A stretch of DNA of 64,000 nt from Clostridia bacterium (GTDB lineage: Bacteria > Bacillota > Clostridia > UMGS1840), in contig JAFUIN010000018.1 of the NCBI GenBank assembly GCA_017468465.1, positions 9,766-73,765 on the forward strand. The letters are read 5' to 3'. This document shows positions 35,886 to 45,165 of the stretch, in pieces (position 1 is the stretch's first letter; each line of letters begins with the position of its first letter). Below the pieces are notes generated by a model. That model was not told the DNA's origin. It was given only the letters and a program-made list of their open reading frames with translations, and ran no database searches. Both the position numbers and the translations under genes were made by a program.

Positions 35886-36836
35886 TTATACAAACAGTGT
35901 ACTTACAGACAAATCTTCATAAATTCTGTCGATTGCTTCTGCAAATACATTTGCAGAAGATAATACTGTAATTTTATCCAGCATTTTTTCCGGCGGCAGG
36001 GGAATGGTGTCCAAAATTACCATTTCTTCAATGGGTGATTCCTTGATTCGCTGAATTGCCGGGCCGGAGAATACAGCGTGAGAGCAGCCCACGGTGATTT
36101 TCTTTGCACCTCTATCCTTCAGTGCCATTGCAGCATGAACGATGGTGCCTGCGGTGTCAATCATATCGTCAATCATCACGACGTTTTTGTCCTTAACGTC
36201 ACCGATGATGTTCATAACTTCGGAAACATTTGCTTTGGGACGGCGCTTATCAATAATTGCAAGGGGGATATCCAGACGTTCTGCATAATATCTTGCACGG
36301 GTAACGCTGCCTAAATCGGGAGATACCATTACGGTATCTTCTGTGTTAATATGTTCTGCAAAATAGGGGCATAAAATCGCGGAGCCTAACAGATGATCCA
36401 CAGGAATATTAAAGAAGCCCTGAATCTGGGATGCGTGCAGGTCCATGGTCAGCACTCTGTCTGCACCGGCAGAGGTGATCAGGTCTGCAACCAGTTTTGC
36501 GGAAATCGGGTCTCTGGCTTTTGCTTTTCTGTCCTGACGGGCATATCCGAAATACGGAATTACCGCGGTGATTCTGCCTGCTGATGCACGTTTGAACGCG
36601 TCAATCATAATCAGCAGCTCCATTAAGTTGTCATTGACAGGATTGCAAGTGGACTGCACCACAAAAACGTCGGAACCTCTGACAGTTTCAAAAATATTCA
36701 CCGAAATTTCTCCGTCGGAGAAGTGGTTCACTGCAGACTGCCCAACTGTTAACCCTAAGTTGGAGGCAATGTCTGCTGCTAATTTCGGGTTGGAATTTGC
36801 AGTAAAAATTTTAATGTCTTTCCCGTGTGTAATCAT
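35886..36836 (-). CDS. prs: Ribose-phosphate pyrophosphokinase
   Basis: Canonical Prs sequence (YFGYARQDRK, DLHA, PRPP-binding loop). The start ATG overlaps the upstream stop (ATGA). Confidence 0.9.
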   Translation of the reverse strand: MITHGKDIKIFTANSNPKLAADIASNLGLTVGQSAVNHFSDGEISVNIFETVRGSDVFVVQSTCNPVNDNLMELLIMIDAFKRASAGRITAVIPYFGYARQDRKAKARDPISAKLVADLITSAGADRVLTMDLHASQIQGFFNIPVDHLLGSAILCPYFAEHINTEDTVMVSPDLGSVTRARYYAERLDIPLAIIDKRRPKANVSEVMNIIGDVKDKNVVMIDDMIDTAGTIVHAAMALKDRGAKKITVGCSHAVFSGPAIQRIKESPIEEMVILDTIPLPPEKMLDKITVLSSANVFAEAIDRIYEDLSVSTLFV

Positions 36837-37528
36837 TTGTTTAAGTACCCCTTTCTGTCTACCCATCCTACTATATTCTTTTGCTGTGCTCTGGCAATCG
36901 CCAAAGCGCCCTCCGGAACATCGTTTGTTACGGTGCTGCCGGCGGCAGTATATCCACGGTTTCCAACCTCTACCGGTGATACCAGATTGGTATTACAGCC
37001 GATAAAAGCGTTGTCGCCGATTCTGGAACGAAATTTTTCTTTTCCGTTGTAGTTTACCACAACGGTGCCACAGCCAAAATTGCAGAATCTTCCAACATCA
37101 CAATCACCAATATAAGTGAGGTGAGAGGCTTTTGTCCCCTCGCCGATGGTTGCATTTTTGATTTCAACAAAATCTCCGATTTTTACCCGGTCTGAAAGCA
37201 CAGTGCCGGGACGAAGGTAAGAAAACGGCCCCACTGATACTTCATTGCCGATATTTGCACCCATAAGATAGGAGCACATAATGGTGCAACCGTTGCGGAT
37301 GCGACAATCTGTAATGACCGTGTTTGGCCCGATGACACAATTTTCTCCAATTACCGTAGCTCCGGAAATGGTGGTGTTGGGAAGAATTACCGTACCGGGT
37401 GCGATGAATACAGATTCATCAATATAGCAAGCAGAAGGATCTTCCAGTTTCACACCGGATTCCATCAGCCGCATATTTGTGGCTTCTCTTTGCGATTTTT
37501 TTTCGCTGGCATAGCTTGCATAGTTCAT
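36833..37528 (-). CDS. glmU: Stand-alone GlmU C-terminal domain (left-handed beta-helix GlcN-1-P acetyltransferase). The N-terminal uridyltransferase domain is absent.
   Basis: About 231 aa aligning with roughly residues 215-456 of B. subtilis GlmU as I recall it (hexapeptide repeats, GDFVEIKNATIGEGTKASHLTYIGD, NYNGKEKFRSRIGDNAFIG). Only about 200 bp separates it from spoVG. Confidence 0.7.
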   Translation of the reverse strand: MNYASYASEKKSQREATNMRLMESGVKLEDPSACYIDESVFIAPGTVILPNTTISGATVIGENCVIGPNTVITDCRIRNGCTIMCSYLMGANIGNEVSVGPFSYLRPGTVLSDRVKIGDFVEIKNATIGEGTKASHLTYIGDCDVGRFCNFGCGTVVVNYNGKEKFRSRIGDNAFIGCNTNLVSPVEVGNRGYTAAGSTVTNDVPEGALAIARAQQKNIVGWVDRKGYLNK

Positions 37529-37636
37529 AAAAACACGCTCCAAACACAAATTTCTGTGGGCTTTTTCCATAGAAGAGAGTGTGTTTTCAAGATTGTATCT
37601 ATGCCAAAAAACCAAAAATTTCACAGATACATATAT

Positions 37637-37665
37637 AGTATACAACTTTCGTGAATAAAATTCAA
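37637..37665 (-). promoter_or_regulatory. Predicted promoter of the truncated glmU-prs unit
   Basis: Minus strand reads TTGAAT, 17-nt spacer, TATACT, just downstream of the spoVG terminator. Confidence 0.5.
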
Positions 37666-37684
37666 GAGATTTCCGAAGAAAAAT

Positions 37685-37718
37685 GAAAAAAGTGGATAAT
37701 TTTTTTCATTATCCACTC
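37685..37718 (-). terminator. spoVG intrinsic terminator
   Basis: 9-bp stem GTGGATAAT/ATTATCCAC followed by T6. Confidence 0.8.
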
Positions 37719-37728
37719 TTTATCATCC

Positions 37729-38010
37729 TTATTCTTCTGTTTCTGCAGGCATTTCAGCCAGCGCTTCTTCATATTTTGCCAGAATCAAGGTTTGAAGTTC
37801 ATCCCGAAGTGCAGTGTTGATCGGATGAGCGATGTCTTTGAATTCGCCTTCTGCCGTTTTGCGAGACGGCATTGCGATGAACAGTCTTTCTTTGCCTTCG
37901 ATCACTTTGATGTCATGCACTACGAAGCATTCGTCTAAGGTAACGGATACAACTGCTTTCATCTTGCCCACAGTGTTCACTTTGCGGACTCTGATGTCTG
38001 TGATTTGCAT
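37729..38010 (-). CDS. spoVG: Septation/regulatory protein SpoVG
   Basis: [11 protein letters not shown]...FIAMPSRK canonical SpoVG sequence. Start follows AGGGAGAAAAC. TTTACA-17-TATAAT promoter upstream. Confidence 0.9.
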   Translation of the reverse strand: MQITDIRVRKVNTVGKMKAVVSVTLDECFVVHDIKVIEGKERLFIAMPSRKTAEGEFKDIAHPINTALRDELQTLILAKYEEALAEMPAETEE

Positions 38011-38284
38011 AAGTTTTCTCCCTTTAGCATACAAACAAAGGCTGCCAAAAGCTGCCCAATGTTCCTATGCCCCTTTTCTTTTTTATCGAAGTCATTATAC
38101 AATATTTTGTTCCGTTTGTAAACCCTTTTTTGCATTTTCAGCGTTTTGCCTTAACTTCGCCGAATGAAACTGTTTCTTTTCCACAAAAAAGACGTTTTTT
38201 CAATGTTTTTTGAGGTATTTTTGCACTAAAAAATTACCAAAACCGTTCACGATAGCAAGACAGGCGACACTTTTTGTTCGCTTG

Positions 38285-38935
38285 CTACGGACTGATTCCG
38301 GGGTAAGAATTGAAGGTGTCCACCGCATTTTTCCATGCCTGTTTTTCGGCTTCTGTCCACTTTTCATCTGTGTAGCGGTAATCGCTTTTTCGTTTGATTT
38401 CCGAAAGGTGCTTGTTCAAAGCTTCATATTTTTCCATTGTGGTATCGACGATTTGTTTTACGGTTTTTTTGTTTGCAAACCGGATTTTTTGAATTTTTAT
38501 GAGGTGGGGCACACAAAGCATCCCCGTTTCTTCGTATTGTTTTTGAAACTCCGGCACCTTATAGAACTCCAAAAATGCTTTGGTATAGGCTTCGTCGTTG
38601 GATTTCTGAAGGTTGCAGAAAAAACATTCCTTGTGGGAGGAATGGTCGGTTTTAGAATGCTTATCCGGCACGTTTTTCATGACATTGTTCATAAAATCGT
38701 GATATAAAATTGCATGGGAAAGAGGGTCTCCCAATTCTGCAAGGCGGTGAGCATGAAAGTTGCAAAACCCATTGGTCCATTCAATTTTTGCACGGGTGTG
38801 CGGGGTGTTGATGCCTTCCTCTAAAAAACGCACTAGCCCTTCCGCCAGGCGGAATTCTACAAAATCACAGATGGGACAGCATCCCTTTTTCATGCGGTTG
38901 GTAAGCTCTTCGTATACGATTTCTTTTGTTTCCAA
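38285..38935 (-). CDS. Cysteine-motif protein of unknown function (possibly the DUF6062 family)
   Basis: 216 aa with CCPIC, FCNFHAH, CFFC and CVPH motifs. The family name is from memory only. Confidence 0.6.
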   Translation of the reverse strand: METKEIVYEELTNRMKKGCCPICDFVEFRLAEGLVRFLEEGINTPHTRAKIEWTNGFCNFHAHRLAELGDPLSHAILYHDFMNNVMKNVPDKHSKTDHSSHKECFFCNLQKSNDEAYTKAFLEFYKVPEFQKQYEETGMLCVPHLIKIQKIRFANKKTVKQIVDTTMEKYEALNKHLSEIKRKSDYRYTDEKWTEAEKQAWKNAVDTFNSYPGISP

Positions 38936-38953
38936 AATGATTGACGCCCTTTC

Positions 38954-39748
38954 TTATTTTTTCAGTTCCAGTGCCCGTTTGGTGCAAGCTTCCATTGCGT
39001 TGTCTATCAGCTTGTAAAAATCATTTTGTTTCAAGTGGTTTACTGCTTCGATGGTGGTGCCGCCTTTGGAGCAAACACGGTCAATTAACACCTCTGCGGA
39101 ATCGGGAGAAGAAAGGAGAAGTTTTGCAGCTCCCAACACTGTTTTTGCAGCCATGCGCAGTGCAGTTTTGTAGGGAATTCCCTGTCGTTCACCGGATTTT
39201 GCCATTGCATCAATCATCATATACACATATGCAGGAGAGGACCCTGAAACTGAAATGATGGCATCCATCAGGGATTCTTCCAGCTCGTGAATTTCAGAAA
39301 AAGCAGAAATCAGCTGTTTTACAGTTTCATATTCATCATCGGTGACAGAATCACTGCGGCAAATGGCAGTTACTCCTTCACCAACCAATGCCGGTGTGTT
39401 GGGCATAGTGCGGATGACTTTTGTGGTGGAAGACAGCTTTTCACGCAGGAATCTCGTAGTGATACCCGGTGCAACCGTGATATAAATTTTGTCGGAAAAT
39501 TCCTTCAATTCTTTTAGAATTTCTTCGTAAAACTGGGGTTTTACAGTTAAAAAAATGATGTCTGCAGATTGTGCGGTGCGGCGGTTTTCGGTGGAGGTGT
39601 TCAGCCCCGCTTCCTGAAATTTTTTCAATGGTTCTTCCGAAATGTCGCTAACATAAATTTGAGAGGGGGAAACAATGCCTGATGCTAAAATTCCGTGAAT
39701 CATAGCACCACCCATATTCCCCGTTCCGATAAAGCCGAGTTTCATCAT
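38954..39748 (-). CDS. proC: Pyrroline-5-carboxylate reductase
   Basis: 264 aa with a GFIGTGNMG NADP fold and the ProC C-terminal dimerisation domain. Confidence 0.9.
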   Translation of the reverse strand: MMKLGFIGTGNMGGAMIHGILASGIVSPSQIYVSDISEEPLKKFQEAGLNTSTENRRTAQSADIIFLTVKPQFYEEILKELKEFSDKIYITVAPGITTRFLREKLSSTTKVIRTMPNTPALVGEGVTAICRSDSVTDDEYETVKQLISAFSEIHELEESLMDAIISVSGSSPAYVYMMIDAMAKSGERQGIPYKTALRMAAKTVLGAAKLLLSSPDSAEVLIDRVCSKGGTTIEAVNHLKQNDFYKLIDNAMEACTKRALELKK

Positions 39749-39751
39749 AAA

Positions 39752-40948
39752 TTATCCTTTCTCGTTGAAATATGGCGTGTAGTTAAGCGGTGATTTTTTA
39801 CTGGGAAACAAATATTCGTAAAGCTCAATAAAGTAGTTATCCGTCATGCTGGCAATATAGTCGATAACGGTCTGGTCCGGTGATGTTTCTTCCCGATAGT
39901 TGTTTTGCCGGTAATATTTGCCGTGTTCCAAAACAAAATCAAGATGGTGTGTAAAAATGGGAGAGCTTTCCCGGTTGCTTTTCAAGTCATCACGAAGCTT
40001 TTCGTATACTTCGCGGAACATTGGGCGGAGCTTGGCTTCGATTTCCTTTACCCGCTTGCTGCCGTAAATGAAACGATAGTTTTCCTCTTTGATTTTGGCA
40101 AGTGCATCAAAATATTGCTCATCCATCCGGATGCAGTCTTTTTGATAGCTGTTTTCGATAATGTTGACACACAAATTGTTGATAATCACTGCGTTGTGCT
40201 TGCCAATCGGGGTTTCAGAAAACAGCTCCTCTGAAGGGAGAACATCGGTTTTCAAAGCGTCCTGACGGTCTTTTCCGAGATAGGCAATCAAATCACAGAT
40301 TTTCACCACACAGCCTTCCTTGGTGGAGGGGGTAAGTTTTTTTACAGCACCTTGCTCGGTGTAGCATTTTTCTACCTTCCGGTCAAACTCCAAAAAGCTG
40401 TTTAACGGCTCGGTGCGATATTCTTTTTGCTCCGATTCGCCATTGTGGCAAAGGATGCCATCTAAGGTCTGAAGAGAGAGGTTGTGACGGAAAATACCGT
40501 CCAACACCCTGACGCTGTGCACGTTGTGGTGAAACTGCCGTCCGGAATATTCCACAGAAAGCTCGTTTAAGAAGCTTTCGCCGGCATGGCCAAAGGGCGT
40601 GTGACCGATGTCATGCCCCAAGGCAATGGCTTCAATTAAATCTAAATTCAACCCTAAAATTCTGCCGATATTCCGCGCAATGCGGGACACCAGCTGCACG
40701 TGAAAGCCACGGCGGGTAATATCGTCATTTTTATAAAAAGCAAACACCTGTGTTTTGTCGGTGTAGCGGTTATAATAGGGGCTGTGCATAATTTTTTCCA
40801 CGTCCCGCAGGTAGCAGGAGCGCCAAAGCGACGGGCTGTCGTGAGCCATATCTCTGCGGATGGCGTTGTTTTCCAAAATGTAGCTGCCCCGAAAATCTTC
40901 CCTGATTTTTTCTGACAGAGCATCAGATAAAGATTGATAGAAATTCAT
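39752..40948 (-). CDS. HD-domain dNTP triphosphohydrolase-like protein (dGTPase family)
   Basis: 398 aa with the HDIGHTPFGHAGE motif. Confidence 0.8.
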   Translation of the reverse strand: MNFYQSLSDALSEKIREDFRGSYILENNAIRRDMAHDSPSLWRSCYLRDVEKIMHSPYYNRYTDKTQVFAFYKNDDITRRGFHVQLVSRIARNIGRILGLNLDLIEAIALGHDIGHTPFGHAGESFLNELSVEYSGRQFHHNVHSVRVLDGIFRHNLSLQTLDGILCHNGESEQKEYRTEPLNSFLEFDRKVEKCYTEQGAVKKLTPSTKEGCVVKICDLIAYLGKDRQDALKTDVLPSEELFSETPIGKHNAVIINNLCVNIIENSYQKDCIRMDEQYFDALAKIKEENYRFIYGSKRVKEIEAKLRPMFREVYEKLRDDLKSNRESSPIFTHHLDFVLEHGKYYRQNNYREETSPDQTVIDYIASMTDNYFIELYEYLFPSKKSPLNYTPYFNEKG

Positions 40949-41074
40949 AGAAAATCCCCTCTGTTGTATAAGGATTTTTTCATTTTATCATATCCGGATG
41001 GATTTGTCAAATTTATCCCCTTAAAAAGTCGGCGAAAAAGGGACGAAAATCGCGAAAAAATTCGGGAAAAACTA

Positions 41075-41103
41075 TAGACAAACAAAAAACAATGTGCTAT
41101 ACT
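41075..41103 (+). promoter_or_regulatory. Predicted pyr operon promoter
   Basis: TAGACA, 17-nt spacer, TGC-TATACT. Confidence 0.5.
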
Positions 41104-41194
41104 ATATAAGTATAAATTTATGGATTTTTACCCTTTGGGTAACAAATCCGGTGAAAAGCCTATGGAATTCGGGAAGGAGTCGAAAACAAACATT

Positions 41195-42115
41195 ATGAAG
41201 TTTCAAAAAGATTTGTTGGGCATCAAACAGCTGGATGCCGACCAGATTCAATATATCTTAAAAACAGCGGAGAGCATGAAAAAAATCATTTTCTCCGAAA
41301 GCACAAAAGCACCCCAGCTTGCGGGCAAATCGGTGATGACCATGTTCTACGAAAACAGCACCCGAACCCGAACTTCTTTTGAGCTTGCGGCAAAATATTT
41401 AAGTGCGACTGCTTCCAATATGGCGGTTTCTTCCAGCTCGGTAAAAAAAGGAGAAACCCTGATTGATACCACCCGCACCATCAATATGATGGGAACAGAC
41501 TGCATCGTCATTCGTCACGAGAATGCAGGGGCGCCGCATTTGGTGGCACAAAACGTGGATGCCACCGTTATCAATGCCGGTGACGGCATGAATGAGCATC
41601 CTACTCAGGCGCTTCTGGACTTTTTCACCATGCAGGAGCAAATGGGCTCGGTGGAAGGGAAAAAAGTTGCCATTATTGGTGACGTTTATCACAGCCGTGT
41701 TGCAAGAAGTGATGCCTACGGCCTTTTGAAACTGGGTGCCGAAGTAGTTATGGCAGGTCCCAGAACCTTGCTTCCCAACGATTTGGAAAGTCTGGGCGTA
41801 AAGATGTACACCGATGTGGACAAGGCGATCAAAGATGCCGACGTGGTAATGCCCTTAAGATTGCAGCTGGAACGTCAGAAAAATTGCTTTTTCCCGTCCG
41901 GATATGAATATGCAAAATATTTCGGCGTCAATGAAGAGCGGATGAAGCTGGCAAAAAAAGATGCGCTCATTATGCACCCCGGTCCGGTCAATCGTGGGCT
42001 GGAGCTGCAGTCCTCGCTCTATGCGCCGGACAAGTCGGTCATTGACCGTCAGGTAACAAACGGGGTTGCTGTCAGAATGGCAGTGCTGCATTTGTTTATC
42101 AACCGCAATCTGTAA
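41195..42115 (+). CDS. pyrB: Aspartate carbamoyltransferase catalytic subunit
   Basis: STRTR and HPTQ motifs. The start is uncertain: ATG 41195 is preferred (typical PyrB N-terminus) and ATG 41162 is the alternative. Confidence 0.85.
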   Translation: MKFQKDLLGIKQLDADQIQYILKTAESMKKIIFSESTKAPQLAGKSVMTMFYENSTRTRTSFELAAKYLSATASNMAVSSSSVKKGETLIDTTRTINMMGTDCIVIRHENAGAPHLVAQNVDATVINAGDGMNEHPTQALLDFFTMQEQMGSVEGKKVAIIGDVYHSRVARSDAYGLLKLGAEVVMAGPRTLLPNDLESLGVKMYTDVDKAIKDADVVMPLRLQLERQKNCFFPSGYEYAKYFGVNEERMKLAKKDALIMHPGPVNRGLELQSSLYAPDKSVIDRQVTNGVAVRMAVLHLFINRNL

Positions 42116-42139
42116 GAAAGGGAAGAAGGAGAGACGAAT

Positions 42140-43408
42140 ATGACCATATTACTGAAAAATCTTACCATTGTGTCCACAACCGAAGTAACAACCGGTCAGG
42201 ACATTTTCATAAAAGATGGCATCATTGAAAAAATCGGGACAGGGCTTAAAGAAACCTGTGATACCGTTCTTGATTTAAGCGGAAAAATTGCATTCCCTGC
42301 CTTTTTCGATATGCACACTCATATGAGAGACCCGGGCTTTACCTACAAAGAAGACATCGAAACCGGCACCAAAGCGGCACTTCACGGCGGTTTCTGGGGA
42401 GTTGCGGCAATGCCCAACACCAGTCCGGTAACCGATAATGTGCCTGTGGTGGAATATATTATTAATAAAGCAAATAAATTTGGCTATGCCAAGGTGTTTC
42501 CTGTTGCGGCAATTACCAAGGGGCTGGAAGGCAAAGAGCTCACCGAGATGATAGAATTAAAAGCACACGGTGCAATAGCTGTTTCCGATGACGGAAAGCC
42601 CGTTTCCGATTCCAACACCATGCGGCAGGCACTTCGCTATGCCCATATGGCAGGGATGCCCGTTGTTTGCCATTCGGAGGACTTATCTCTGGTAAACGGC
42701 GGTGTCATGAATGAGGGGGCAACGGCAGACCGGTTGGGTCTTCGTGGAATTACCCGTGCAGCAGAAGAAGCGGCAATCGCCAGAGAAATTATTTTGGCAA
42801 AAAGCTACAATCTGCCCGTTCATATCACCCACATCAGCACCAAGGGCAGTGTGGAATTGATTCGCAATGCAAAAAAAGAAGGGGTACAAGTTACCTGTGA
42901 CACTTGCCCCCATTACTTCTCTTTAACCGACGAAGCCTGCGAGGGCTACGATACCCATGCAAAAATGAACCCGCCCTTAAGAGAAGCCTTTGATGTGGAT
43001 GCCATTATTGAAGGGCTACAGGACGGCACCATTGATGCCATCGCAACCGACCACGCTCCCCATCACTTTGATGAAAAGAAGGTGGAGTTTGACCATGCCT
43101 TAAACGGCATCATCGGGCTGGAAACCAGCTTTGCGGTTGCCTGCACTTATCTTTACCACACCAAAAAACTGTCTCTTTCAAAAATTGCAGAACTGATGGC
43201 AGACACCCCTTGTAAAATCCTGAATCTTACTCCTGCAGAAATTAAGGTGGGCAATGTGGCAAACATTACCGTTTGCGATTTGAACGAAATCTGGATGCCC
43301 ACGCCGGAAAACACTGTTTCCAAAAGTAAAAACTCTCCCTATTACGGCAGAGAGCTTTGCGGCAAGGTCACAACGGTTATTACAGACGGTGTACTGAAAT
43401 TATCATAA
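42140..43408 (+). CDS. pyrC: Dihydroorotase
   Basis: 422 aa amidohydrolase with DMHTHMR and TDHAPH motifs. Confidence 0.9.
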   Translation: MTILLKNLTIVSTTEVTTGQDIFIKDGIIEKIGTGLKETCDTVLDLSGKIAFPAFFDMHTHMRDPGFTYKEDIETGTKAALHGGFWGVAAMPNTSPVTDNVPVVEYIINKANKFGYAKVFPVAAITKGLEGKELTEMIELKAHGAIAVSDDGKPVSDSNTMRQALRYAHMAGMPVVCHSEDLSLVNGGVMNEGATADRLGLRGITRAAEEAAIAREIILAKSYNLPVHITHISTKGSVELIRNAKKEGVQVTCDTCPHYFSLTDEACEGYDTHAKMNPPLREAFDVDAIIEGLQDGTIDAIATDHAPHHFDEKKVEFDHALNGIIGLETSFAVACTYLYHTKKLSLSKIAELMADTPCKILNLTPAEIKVGNVANITVCDLNEIWMPTPENTVSKSKNSPYYGRELCGKVTTVITDGVLKLS

Positions 43409-43458
43409 AAAAACTGCAAGAGAAAAGAAGTGTGTTTTGATAGAAAGGAACCAATCCA

Positions 43459-44367
43459 ATGAAAGAATTACTCAATAAAATAAAACAGATGAACAATCCC
43501 ACCGTGGCAGGGTTAGACCCGGTGTTATCCTATATTCCGTCTTACATTCTGGAAAAAGCAGAAAAGGAATACGGAAAAACCTTCAAAGCAGCGGCAGAAG
43601 CAATTTTAGAATTTAACAAAGGGCTTATGGATGCTCTTTCAGACATTGTGCCGGCAGTCAAACCCCAGTCCGCATATTACGAAATGTACGGTCTGGAGGG
43701 TGTAAGAGCCTACTACGAAACCATAAAATATGCAAAAGAAAAAGGATTTTATGTAATTGCAGACGGTAAGCGTAACGACATTGGCTCCACATCGGATGCG
43801 TATGCAACGGCATATTTAGGCAAAACACAGTTATTTGGAGACCAAGGCCGTGCTTTTGAACCCGATTCTTTAACGGTGAACCCCTATTTGGGAAGCGATG
43901 GGATTTTGCCCTTTGTAAAACGCTGTGAAGAATTTGATAAGGGAATTTTTGTTTTGGTAAAAACCTCCAATCCCTCCAGCGGTGAACTGCAGGATTTGGT
44001 GGTAGACGGCGAAGAAATTTATGTAAAAGTTGCAAAACTGGTCAACCAATGGGGCGAAAGCACAGTAAACGAAACCGGTTATTCTGCGGTTGGCGCTGTG
44101 GTAGGTGCAACCTATCCGGAACAGTCCAAAAAGCTTCGTGCCATTATGCCAAAAACCGTGTTCCTGGTTCCCGGCTATGGTGCACAGGGCGGAACTGCCA
44201 AAGATATCGCTCATCTGTTTGACAAAGACGGTATGGGTGCTGTGGTAAATTCCAGCCGCGGTATTATGTGTGCTTATCAAAAAGCAGGCGCACCCGGTGA
44301 AGCATTCTGTGAATTTGCAAGAAAAGAAGCAATCCGTATGAAAGAAGATATTACCTCTGCCATTTAA
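43459..44367 (+). CDS. pyrF: Orotidine-5'-phosphate decarboxylase (long, type 2)
   Basis: 302 aa with DGKRNDIGST and PGYGAQGG motifs. Confidence 0.85.
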   Translation: MKELLNKIKQMNNPTVAGLDPVLSYIPSYILEKAEKEYGKTFKAAAEAILEFNKGLMDALSDIVPAVKPQSAYYEMYGLEGVRAYYETIKYAKEKGFYVIADGKRNDIGSTSDAYATAYLGKTQLFGDQGRAFEPDSLTVNPYLGSDGILPFVKRCEEFDKGIFVLVKTSNPSSGELQDLVVDGEEIYVKVAKLVNQWGESTVNETGYSAVGAVVGATYPEQSKKLRAIMPKTVFLVPGYGAQGGTAKDIAHLFDKDGMGAVVNSSRGIMCAYQKAGAPGEAFCEFARKEAIRMKEDITSAI

Positions 44368-44397
44368 GATTGCGGCAGAAGACAGAGAGGATTCTAC

Positions 44398-45165
44398 ATG
44401 GAAAAATATCAGGTTACAACAGCTAAAATTACAAAAATGACAAACCTTTGCGGCACTATTTTTGATGTAACAGTAGAAAATGAATATCTGGCAAAGGCAT
44501 CCCGATGCGGTCAGTTTGTTCACATTGATTGCGGAGACGAGTTTGTGCTTCGTCGTCCCATCAGCATTTGTGAGGTGCTGCCAAACGGTATCCGGTTTAT
44601 CTTTGATGTTCGCGGAAAAGGAACCAAACGCCTTTCTGAAAAACAGGTGGGAGACACACTGGATATTTTAGGGCCATTGGGCAACGGCTTTGCCATCCGT
44701 AAGGAAAAAGCGTTGATTTTAGGCGGCGGCATTGGTGTGTATCCCTTATATGAGCTTGCAAAACAGGTTGCAGTGTGTGATGTGGCATTGGGCTTTCGCA
44801 CCAAAGAATTGGTCACGCTGGAAGACGAGTTCAAAGCCCATTGCAACAATCTGTATATTGCAACCGATGACGGAAGCTACGGCTTCCACGGCAATGCCTT
44901 GCAGGCAGTGAAAGACAAGCTGGAGAACGGTGCCTATGAGGCAGTTTACGCTTGCGGACCGCTTCCCATGTTGAAAGCGTTGAAGCAAATTACCGATAAA
45001 TATAACATTTTCTGCCAGATTTCCATGGAAGAACGTATGGGCTGCGGCATTGGCGCTTGCCTGTGCTGCAACATCAAGGTAGAGGATGAGGGGGAAGAAG
45101 GATTCAAGCACCTTCACGTTTGTAAAGACGGCCCCGTGTTTAATGCAAAGGAGGTTATACTCTAA
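44398..45165 (+). CDS. pyrK: Dihydroorotate dehydrogenase electron-transfer subunit
   Basis: 255 aa with RRPISI and a C-terminal [2Fe-2S] cluster motif CGIGACLCC...CKDGPVF. Confidence 0.85.
   Translation: MEKYQVTTAKITKMTNLCGTIFDVTVENEYLAKASRCGQFVHIDCGDEFVLRRPISICEVLPNGIRFIFDVRGKGTKRLSEKQVGDTLDILGPLGNGFAIRKEKALILGGGIGVYPLYELAKQVAVCDVALGFRTKELVTLEDEFKAHCNNLYIATDDGSYGFHGNALQAVKDKLENGAYEAVYACGPLPMLKALKQITDKYNIFCQISMEERMGCGIGACLCCNIKVEDEGEEGFKHLHVCKDGPVFNAKEVIL

Noticed and set aside
35260-35922. 220-aa plus-strand ORF antisense to plsX. Similar long antisense ORFs occur at 43870-44523 (opposite pyrF), 38210-38707 (opposite the Cys-motif protein), 15170-15667 (opposite cdaA) and 9622-10198 (opposite the PEPCK gene).
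   Set aside because: Each lies opposite a gene with unambiguous family motifs. They lack RBSs and have low-complexity or Cys/His/Arg-biased composition typical of antisense shadows.
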